NCBI GenBank assembly: GCA_001938485.1
Contig: MQRK01194125.1
Span: 5,661-69,660, forward strand
Direction of reading: 5' to 3'
Length of the DNA stretch: 64,000 nt
Source: Girardia tigrina
Lineage: Eukaryota
Shown here piece after piece: positions 41,801-53,800 of the stretch; within the stretch, counting starts at the first letter, position 1, and the number at the start of each line of letters is the position of its first letter. A program made the translations under genes and the position numbers. The notes beneath the pieces are model-generated. The model ran no database searches and was not told the origin of the DNA. It saw nothing but the letters and a program-made list of their open reading frames with translations.

Positions 41801-44800
41801 TCCTATCCTCTCTCCAGGATATGTCGGCAAGTAGTGTCAAAGAAATTCCTGCCTTTGTTTCATACTTGTTTTTTCTAAGCGCTTCCAAACGTGGGAAGAT
41901 GTAACGGTGACATAGATTGCAGTCTGGTGAATACGGTGGCTGCTTCAGCAATTTCACGCATTTGTCCTGCAAGTTAGTTGTCGTTGCTTGAGATGCATAT
42001 GGTCGCGCATTATCGTGAATGAGATCCATGTCTCGCATTCGTATTGGGAACATGGAATTTGCAAAACTGCCTTCCATTTCATTGAGAAAGTGATATAGAG
42101 GTTAGAATCAAACTTTGGTTTCGATCCAGAACCTTGAAGTAGTGATGGCCACGACTACTCGGCAATGGTCATAAACGTTTTCTCCATATGTCCTCTTTGA
42201 GCTATCTGGATTTGATCACAACCTGGTACGATCCAGCTCCCAATTTTGTTTCTTGGTGAAAGATGTCGGCGAAAGAACCATTTCTCAACCATCGTCACCA
42301 ATTTCTTTATGACTAATCTTGATTGGAGTGCTTCCAGCATTTCGGTTGTTCGCTCGATTCAGATGACCTTGTTCGCTTCCGAAATGGAATGTGGAATCCA
42401 GTGCGTCAGCATCCATTTTCTGTTAAGGTCTTCCGTTAAAATTCGATGCACCATTTTCATTGACATATCCAGGTTAGCTGCAAGGTTACAAACTGTTCTT
42501 CTACAATTTTCTTTTAGAAATTCTTCGGCTTTGCGGATACCTTATATCCTTTCAACAATTTTCTGTCTTCCACTACCAGATGTTCTCGCAAATGCAGTTC
42601 GCTCGCCATCGTTGTATTCCTTGAGAATAGTCTGCACACACCCTTTCATACCATTTCGTCGAAGAGTTTCAATAAGGAAATGTAATTTCTCAGAAGAGCA
42701 CTCCATTTTCACAAAAAAAATATGGATGTAATTTTCACACGAAAAAACAAAAACTAAAATATATAAACGTATTAATATATACTGTATATATGTTTCTTAA
42801 AATACATTAATACATTATTAATTTCTTAAACATTATTACACGCATTTATTTAAAACCTTCATGTTTGTAGTGCATAGATTACATACAGTCCATATTAGAG
42901 AAAACCCGCTATACAATGATTTAGAGAAAACGCCCTTTTTTTACGACACAGACTAGAATTGATTTGGAGTTTTTAATTTCGAAATTAATTTTTTTATTGA
43001 AAATTAAAATTGTTAATTTCTTTTCATAAAATGTTTATTTAAATTTTTGAAAAAATAACTTATGCTTAAAATTTATCCTTACTTATTAATTTATAATAAA
43101 TTTAGATTTTACCGGATTATTAAATGTGTCATCATCTATTTTCGAATGATCAGTTATCGTAAATACAATGAAACACTAATTTTACAACAATTTCAAATTC
43201 AACACACTCAAAACAACACACATCATACATACACATTTTGACATATTCCTCACATCCCGCTATATTTAAATGGCTTTAGCAATTCTACCCTTCTGATCAA
43301 AATTCTACCTTTTCAATTTGTATCTAATAGCTTTTTGTGTGTCTTTGTTTTATAATTGTCGTTGGCGCCATATATCGGTCTCTCTCTTTCAATCAGTTCT
43401 CTTTACTTTTGAAGACTCTATCTCTGAAATTAAAGTTTCATTTTGTTTCAGTTGTGCCTTTATTTTATTTCATTTTGATTTTTCTCTTTTCGATGGTGTT
43501 TTCCACCATTGGTTTGATTTCTTCCTGAAGACTGTCTCTGTTGGGGGTAATCCCGTTGTTGCATGATTTGTACAATTTAATATAAATTCTATTTTTGCCA
43601 ACATTCCAGCCTAGCCTACGAGTGTTTTTTTTTCAATCGTATATTTATTAAATCCCTGTTTGTTCTGAAATGTAATTCTAGGATTTCCTAGGTGTTAGGA
43701 AGATATAGACTTAAATAGGCTTCGTCTTAAATATTTTTTGTCTTTTCTTTGAAAAATGTTGATTCGAAGGTTTTCAATACTGACATGATATAGTAAACAA
43801 GTTGATGTATCTGATAAGTTAATGAATTATTGCTGGAATGTATTGGTATTCATTCATAGTCCTTCTGAACGGTTAATTAATTTATCATCGGATTATCTAA
43901 TGCGTTTTTCTTACATCTTTGTTTTCTGATTCTTATTCTCTGACAATTTTCAAAACTTTCTTCGGTTTCCTTTACTTGCTTACTTCCCACCTGACACATT
44001 ATCTATAAATTCAATTCTCCTGCGTTTTGGCATCCAATACTAGTTTTCTCTTTTCGTCAAAATATCATCTTTTAATGACTATCTCTTTGTCGTCCTAGTT
44101 CTAATTTATTCTTTAATATGTTCTATTTCTTTATTATTTCTTTACCAAACTAGTCCCTTTGATTTTACATTTAATGAGAGGATTCTTGTTTTAATCTTTC
44201 ATTTCTTAGCTTACTCATACTCATTGACATTATGTCTGTGATAGTGTGTTTTTGCCTTTCCAGCATTCCACTCTCATATTTAGTCCACTAAGGAAGTTTA
44301 TTTAAATTTTGAACTCTGGACTCATTTGGTGTGTTTTTAATCATGAAGGAGATGGCTTTATGATCTGTTGTCAGCAGAAATTTCTTGCCATATAGAAAAT
44401 GTTTGAAATGTTGAATTGATCAAAATCCTGCTGTCAAATTATTGTATTGCAAAGCTTCTTTCATGTCTTTGTTTAATAATTGGTCCGATGTATCGGTCAT
44501 CATCTTGTGTTGAATTTTCTTTTTTGTCAAGACTTTATCCCCGATCTGAAGTATTCGATTTTTTTCAAATATTTTTATTTTCTTTTTATACGATTTTTCG
44601 CTTTTTTACGGTATTCTCAATCAATGTCTTAGTTTCTTCCCGAAGATTATTTCGGTTGTGGATATTCCAGTCGTTAATTTAATAGTATCATTTAACATAA
44701 ATTCGATTTCTGCAAACATTTTTACCAAATAATTATGCATTTCATCATTCAATCGTATATTTATGGCGTCTCTGATTGTTCCGAATTGTCTGTCTATGAT

Positions 44801-47800
44801 ACTATCAGTGTTGTGGTTACAAGGACTTCAATAGATTTTTTTGTTTTAAATTGTTTAGTCATTTCTTTGAAAAGTACTTATTTTAAACTTTTCGATCCAT
44901 CAGAGTGTTGGTGTTCTGAATTTCCTGATCCATTTATCTAATAATACCTGTCGTGTAGTCTTGTAGCTGATGTACCTCCTAAATTATTTGATTATAACTA
45001 AAATTTATTGATATTCATTCAAATTCCTTCTGTATGGCCCGCAAAAGTTCATATATTTTTAATGGTTCGTCGGTCGATTGTTTAATGTGTATATCTTTCA
45101 TCTTTGCTCTAAGCGTCGTCCTATTCCGACAGTTTATACAACTTTTTACGATTTGTACTGTTTCACACATATCGAAGACATCTTTTATGTAATTTAAAAC
45201 TTATTTACTTCCCATAAAGTATAGAAATGTATGTATATTTTCTATAAAGTTAGTTCTGTTCCAAGTGATTCAATAATTTTTATCTGTTGTCATCACGATA
45301 TTGTTTTTCAGTTGCCATTATTTTTATTTCTACTTCTAATATCTTCTTTAATCTGTTCTATCTCTTTACCATTCGTCTCCATATGAATTATTCTGATTCT
45401 TCAGTAAATGTGAGCATTCTTTTCTTAGCCTTTCCTTAATTAGCATCATTGTTTTTTTTCATGTTTAAATCGTTCTCCAATTTCAAGTGGTATTTAAATT
45501 ATTTAGTATTTCTTCTACATTTAGTATTACAAATGTTTCTCTGACTGTGACTTTATTTAATTTTTGGAAATCGACGCATACTCGAATATCATCTTTATCT
45601 TTTTTCCATACCCATACTAGCAGAAAATTCCATGGAGAACTGCATTTTACGAAGATATCCTTTTCCTTCATAATTCTTGATAATATCATCCAGTTTTTTT
45701 TGAAATCTTATGACTGTCGGTACGGTTTCTCTAGTATAGTTTAGTAGTATAGTATAGTTCTCTTGTGTTTCAATCTTATGTTTAGTTTCGGGTTTTCTTC
45801 CTGATATCATATTTTGTAGCCATAAATATCGTTTTATTTTCTATTACTAATTTCATTAATAATTCGTATATCTTATCTATGTATAATTATTATGTATAAT
45901 TATTATTACTTATTCTTTTAAGTCGGTCTCCATCATTTAAAATATCAAGTATTACCAGCAATCCTTCGTTGTATCTTATCTCTTTCTTGAGCTTTTTTAC
46001 TGAAGTTTTTTAAAAAATTCCATTCATGCAATCATTTCGTGACCCAAATTTTTCACCACTAAAATATTCACTGTTTTGTATTCTTTCAATCTTAATCTTT
46101 AATTGTATTATTCCGTAATTTACAAGTTTCGAGTCGTACAGTGTATTTTGCTTTTTATCTCTTTTATCTTGATATTTTATGTATTTTTTAAAACGTCTAC
46201 TTTAATTACATTAACTGGAGCTCCCGTATCCAAAACACATCATATTTTATATTCTTTATTTGGAATTCTACACTTTGTCTCCTTTTCAGTTCTCCTTATT
46301 TTAATTTAAACTTTGATATTTTCATTACATATGTCACTATTTCTTCATATTTTCCTGTGATCATATTGTCATATTTCTCGTTGGGTATTTCATTCTCTCC
46401 ATCTAATATACATAATTCTTGATGAATATTTTCAACAACATTCCATACATAATATCGTACATAAAATCACACATATGATCAAACATACATTCGTTTCTTG
46501 GTAAAGTGCACTGATCACATATCACTGTAATCGTGCTTCCTCGTTTTCCTGTTAGTCTCTGAAAATTTTCTTTTTTGTAATAGTATCTATCCTTGTTACT
46601 CTTTCTCGCTCATTCAATTTTAAGGACATTTTCGCCAATCCGTCATAGTATTATTCTAATTACGCTACTTAGTATCTTCTATTCGTATTAACTTCTGTAT
46701 ATTGTTATCGTGTATTTTTTCGGTCTTTTCTTCTATTTCTCGTAACTTCATTTCTCCATTGTTCAAGTTCTCTGAGTCTATTTGAATTCTCATAACATTA
46801 GGTTATCACATGTCATTTCTCGTCACATGTCAGTTTCGTCCTCGGATTCACAATTTTTGCGACATCTTTAATTAAATTATCCATCACAAATTGTTTTTTT
46901 TTCTCCATCAATTGGAGCTCTCCTTTCTCCAATATAATTTCACAAATCTCCAAAATATTCGTCGTTTGAAATGCGTCTCTCAAATTGTCTTTGCTCGTTG
47001 TGAGGAATATTTTAAATTTTGTATGTTGAAATTGGTATGTTGAATTTTATATGTTGAGTTTAGTATTTGGAAATGTGTTTCTCCCACCCAGATGGAAAAT
47101 TGATATTTTGGATGTTCATGATAGATAATTATTCGAGTATAATTTATATTTTAAAGTACAGCATAATATATGTAAAAACATTAAAAATATTAAATCGTTT
47201 CAAATTTTCATATTAAAAATTTAAATGAAATAAAAAGTTTTAACTAAGTTTTAAATTAAATAAATGTTCTTTCTCTACATAAAATCATTTTTGAATAGAA
47301 TTAATATTTAGATAAAATTATTACTAAAATTACAAAATTTGAACTTTAAAAATAAAATCTAAAAATAATGAAAAATTTGTTCGAATTTGTTTATTAACAA
47401 ACATTAACTAAAAGTTATCAATTTAGAACGATGTCGAATTACGAAAACGTGACTGAGAGTTGTCCAAAGGCAATTCTGATTGTATTGAAAATAAAAGTTC
47501 GAAAACCCATGTTGGTGTTCTTAATATGGCGACACACGACTACGTGATTCCGAACATTAGAGGTCCGGAGATTTTTGATGGATCAGAAACAAAAGTTGAG
47601 GCAATCATAACGAGCTTTAACAGGTATGCGAAGATAATGGGATTTTCAGAGGAGAGGAAAATCTTATTAGCAACACCATATATGACTCCGGATGCCATAA
47701 TAAAATATGAAGCAGCGGCAGGTGAAACATGTGAAGAGAAACTAAGATCCACATTTTCAAAGGAAAATTCTATCCTGGATCTAATGAAGGAACTGATAGA

Positions 47801-50800
47801 AATGAGAATTGGATCTAGCGATACAACAGTAATATTTAGAAAGGCTGATGAAATCATTTAAAACTTAATTGAAAAAACGTTGGGTAAAAACGAACTATCA
47901 AATTTGGTCTACGCTAATCTGATAGATGACGAGAACGTGCAGAAAGAAATAGCTGTCAGAGGTGTCAAGAAATCTGAAGAGATTGAAGACATTGAAACAA
48001 GAATGTTTGAATATTATTAAAGGAAAAGAAATGCTCCTGTAGCGGCATAAAACACAAAAAGAGAAAATGAATGGAGAACGGTGGACAATAAAAAAAGAAC
48101 ACCAAGACCACAGAACGAGAAATTCATAGAACAAGAAACAAGAAGAAATTTTAAAGTTCGAAAAATTACCTGTTGGACATGCCACGAGGAAGGACATGTT
48201 AGAAGAGAGTGCCCTAACGTGAAGTGTAGTCATTGTAATGGAAAAGGGCATTTAAGAACACAGTGTTATGAAAACCCTGATAGATTTAGGGAGCGTGATC
48301 AATGGAAAAGGGATAACGGAAATAATCGATGGAACAACAGGCAAAATTACTCGAATCAACGGTATAGAGAACGGCCAACATACACGAATAGGAAATACCC
48401 AGTAGCAGAAGTGGACGAACTAGATGATGAACTGTACATAAGAGAAGAATCTAGAAAATGGGACTATTTTGAAGGAACGTATAGAAGAGAAAATGGCAAA
48501 AGACTGGAATATCCCGTAGGTAACAGAAAATTCAGAAATGATCAGGAAAACGAGGACACACGATCACAGGAAGAAGTGATCAGTGTGCTACAATAGGAAC
48601 TCAATGTAGGTGTATGATTTATTGTATGTATGAATGTGAACATTTTCAAATCACTATACTGTATTCACATACCATTTAAAATATTAAACACTGTTCAGAA
48701 TGGTAGATTCTAAATACACTGCATGTTCAAAGTCCTTCTTATGCTTCTTTCTCTCTTTAATTAAGAATTTTATCACCGACGTTTATTTCAAATTGAACAA
48801 TTTCTTGTTCAACAAATATTGATACATGGGTCAATGACCCATTTGGTCATGTACTCACTTTGAAAGTATTAATTAGACTAAACTGTAATTCCTTAAATGA
48901 TCCATGAAAATGCATTAATACATTAGAGACATCTGGCGACTTGCTCAGCTTTGTGGTTTCAATAATACTTCAGAGAGAAACCCCAAAGCTCAGCAAGTTG
49001 CGACATGTACTAATGTGTATATGCATGTGTATGTGTACTAATAATGATATATTTTATTAAAATTATTGGCCTTATTTTGAACTTTAATCTTTATTTTTAA
49101 TCCTTAATATTAGTTTTATGAGTTCTGGATCAAAATCAATATAAATTTTTAAATTGCTTTTCTTAATACCATTTTTGGAATTTCGAACTCTTCAGAATAA
49201 AGTACTGTTCGAAATCCCTCTAATCTAAACAGCTGTTGACTATCAGTTCGTATTTGTATAAGATGGACTTGACGTTCGGCATTTGATCCAATTTTATTTA
49301 CTTTTATAGCGATTATATTTTTTGTTATTTAAAATTTGTGAATAATTTTATTTTTTAAAAAAATATTTTTATGACTTCAGATAAATGTATTAATATGCTC
49401 AATATTATTTTTTTAAATAAAACTTACTGGTTTAAAAATCAGCTGAAGCTTTGATTTTTGTTGGTAATTTTAGTCAAAAGTTTTTGTTGTTTCACCTTTG
49501 AAACTTGTTTTGGCAACCATTATACAATCCCAAATTCAGCAATGTTTGCATATGGCGAAGACAGAAAAACTAACTTTTCAAGTAGATTATAAAAAATTCT
49601 TTAGCTCTCCTTTTTGAGGTGTTAGAAGAAGTGTGAATTTCACGGGATAAAATTAATTTATTAGGTAAAAATCCATGATCTTCTTTTGCATTGAAATCTC
49701 TTTGAAAATCCTAAATCTTTTCCACACTGTATCTTTTTAAAATAACTGCCGAATTCGATTATTTAAGTAACCATTAATTTAATTTTATTAAATAAATTTT
49801 AATTTAATTTAACTCCTGTTGAATTTAATTAGATTTCGTCAAACCATTTAAATATTATATAATAAATTCGGTTTTATTTAATATTTTTTATTATTTTTTT
49901 TATTATTTTTGGGAGAGACCACATACGACGCATCATACCAAACATTCCTCACATGACGAATATTTGAATGATGTTAGAGTTATGTTAAGGGATGTGTGAA
50001 TGGGTTCTATGATGCGTTCATCTTTTGCTAATATTGAGACATGAAATCTTTCACCGGACATCTGGACTTAATTATTATTAAATTCTAAATTCATTATCAA
50101 AAAGTGTATTATTAGTCCATAATTATTTAACTATTAATTAAATATATAATTGTTTGAATCTTTTTAAATAAGACAATATTTAAAAAATACAAAGAACCAT
50201 AAATTCCTGTGTCAAACTCTTATCTCAAATCATTAAATCATTCAATAAATGTTCAGAGAAGACTTCGTATGTTTTTTCGTATTTTCGATTTCACATTTCG
50301 TATTTTCGAACAGCATCACAATTTGAATGCAAACATTTATTGACCACACAAACAGATTCTTCACAACAATTTTCAGAGGTCATCTTTCTTTGATTGATAT
50401 AGTTTTTGATTAAATATTCAAATATAAAAAAACAATGAATGGGAAAGTTTAATATTACATTTTAATTTCTCATAATTTTATTGGATAAAAAGACATTATG
50501 TAATTTTTTAAATAAACATTAATTTTTAAAATATATTAAATTTACTAAGTTAAAATCGTTTACTGAAAATATTATAAAAATTCATAATTATCAAACTTTA
50601 ATTAATTAGTACTTAAAATTAATATCATTAGATTAATTTCATTAGATTCAAATAATCAATCAATAAACATATCAATCCCATCTGGGTAGGAGAGTCACAA
50701 ATCTAAACAGCATACAAACAACAAACTTACAACATTCCAAATTATCCCTAACACGTATGTTTAATTAGGGAAACCACGATTATCAAACTACCAGCTGTAT

Positions 50801-53800
50801 ATGACGAAGGCATGATAAAGTTGAATGACTTATGCATAGGCTTCGACAGATACTTCAATTTCATCGAGATTCAATTTATTTATTAAATTATTTATTAGTG
50901 AATTTTTCAAAGTTTATTCATTAAATTGAATTAACTTTGATAAATTCACTAATAAATTGAATCTCGATCAAATTGAAGTTTCGAATTAAAAAAAATATAC
51001 TTTATATATATATAATCTTAAGCTTCTTTTAATAATGTTAAATTTGCGGTAACTCCAAACAGTTTTTTAAAATAATAAATTTTAATGTGTTATAACTTGC
51101 TTTTTTTCGATAACAAAGAACATAGATGTATTTGATGCGATAAGTTATTTGGCGACTTCAACGAAAATCGGTGCATTTGGCAGATCTGTTGATAGGATTG
51201 AGAGTGCGTCCGAATCCAGTGTTCCGTGATTGGCATCAAAGAGCGCGCGTGTGTTTGACGGATAGAGACATCGCCAATCCGACCTCTTCTTTGATTTTTT
51301 CCGAACTCCGATATTGATTATTAAAAGCCGTCTCGGTTCTGCTGCAAACCACAAAACCATCGCCGTAATCGATTGAAATTAACAAATCGAAAACGACTTA
51401 TAAATATGTGTTGTTTAAATATTCATTATTGATAAAGAATTTGAATTGTAATTGTGTCATTTTATTTTTGAAAATAAATCGATTTAACGAGAAGATATTA
51501 CAATATACAGTGCGCTCCGTATATATAGAAGACGAATATATCGAAGATATGTTATTGTACCGACTAAATAGCAGTGCTTAGGTAATGGAAGGTGATGCTA
51601 TGGCTATATCGTGTGTTACGGCTATACCGAATTTTTTTTGGCAATTGCCACTTCAAAATATGCGGAGTCCACTGTATATATATACATAAATTTTACAAAA
51701 ATTAATATATATAAGGGCACCAACCCCAGCACTAACGCAATATAAATTAATCATTTTAATATAGTGAATAACGAAAACAGCATTGTAATAACAAACATTG
51801 AATTCCCTAATTAACGTTCAAAGGGAAATGGTAAAGCTGTTACAATATTAAATATAATAAATGACCTACATAAAAATTAGTCTAAATATAGATAAATGTT
51901 TTCGATTGTTTCTAATAAAATATAAATATAAGCAATTCTTTAATTAAATTTAATTTTTATTTCAGTTATTTGGCAGAGCACATTCTAAGGCACTTCAATT
52001 ATTTCATATTTACGTGTTGAATATGCTGTGGAAATAGAACAATGTATTTCTATATGTGATTTATTTTATATTTTAAGAATTATTATTTATATTACTTAGT
52101 AATTATTTCTATATATTATAAAAACAAAAGTAACAAATTTCCGCATTAAATAATTTCTTAAAAAATATTGAGTATTTATATATTCCTATTCTTCATAAGA
52201 GAAGTCACAGTTAATCACATAATTATCGCTTTTTATTTGCAAATTTGAATATATTATAGAATTATATATAATGCAATCATGCTGGCCAGTATCAAAGACA
52301 AGGTTAATATTTTTGGAAAGTAGTAAACGACGATCTTCCCTTGCTAGGAGAAGGTTTGTGGAAAGTTTGCTTAAATTTTGTCGTACCGTCTCCAAAGTTA
52401 TAGTGAACAGATAAACATACATTATTTTTATACATATGATTTATTGAAACATTTAAAAATAATTTTCATTATTATTTTCAAATCAATTTCTAAAATTAGA
52501 ATAAATTTTTTTTTCAAAAATAATTTTTAATTAATTTCAAACATTTTTTTTAATTTTCTCAAAAATAAATTATTGAATAATAAAAATATATTTTTTTAAT
52601 TTTCATATTTATTATTGATTTTTAACCAAATAGTTTTTTTTATTTTATTTCTTCTTTGTCAAATATTTTCTAAAAAAAATAAAATTTAAATAGTACAAAA
52701 AATAATAATTATTTTATTACGTTAAATATTTTTTGTAGAAATAATTCAAAAAATAAAATAAATTATCATTTTTTATTTGCTTATTATTACTTTTAATTTT
52801 CAAAAATATTTCCTTATCAATAAATAATTAAATAATAGAAAATTTATTTAAGTATTTTTAATTTTTTAATTTTGCTACAAAAAAACTTTTGGAGATATTT
52901 TAGAAATTTTTCAAAATTATTGTAAAGTAATTACAAAATTAGAATAAAATAATATATTATGTGATTTTTTGTTTTTTTAAAATAATACTTTTAATTTTTT
53001 AAAATATTTCCTTAAAAAATATTAACCTTCCGTCATACAAACGGGCACATTTGACTCCATTATAATATTCAATAATTTAGTTTTTCACCTTAAATACCCA
53101 TTAATAGTTTTGCAAATTCCTAACATTTTCTATGATGGAGGAAATAAATCAAATTTTTTAATAACAAATTAGCTAGGGGTCAAATTGACCCGAACAAATA
53201 TAAACGCATATTTTTTGGTTCAAGGATAGTTAAATACTAGAATATGAGCCCTCAGTAGGCATTTTGTTTTTTAAATATTTCCATTTAATTACTTTTTTCG
53301 ATCAGTTTATCATATATTTTCTAGAACGAAAATTATTTTATAAGTGGTAAGCGACAGTTAAATCCACATAAGAATTTTAAAACATCATTTGTTGTTCTAT
53401 TCTGTTATATCCAAAATTATAAAAAAGTACTTTTTCAACAGTTTAAAAATACTTCAATATGATTGGTCGAATTGTAAACTCGAACTTTTTCCAGTGGTAC
53501 ATTAGTATTTTGCGAAAGAAAAGTTGATGTGAATCTGCCCCGGCGTATGAAGAAAGTTTTTCAAGAGTTTAGTTGCATTTAGTAGTACCGTCTTCAAATA
53601 CAGCGAACAGAAAAAGGGTTAACTCAATGTACAGCTTTCTCCGGCGGAATATAATTTTTTTGAAAAAAAAAGTTGACGCCGACGTATGAACATAATACGG
53701 GGAAAGTTTGGTTGCATTTGGTTTTATAATTCTGAATTGGTGAACAAACAGACGAGTAGACAATCATCTTTATATATAAGATTTTTAATACACGAAAAAT

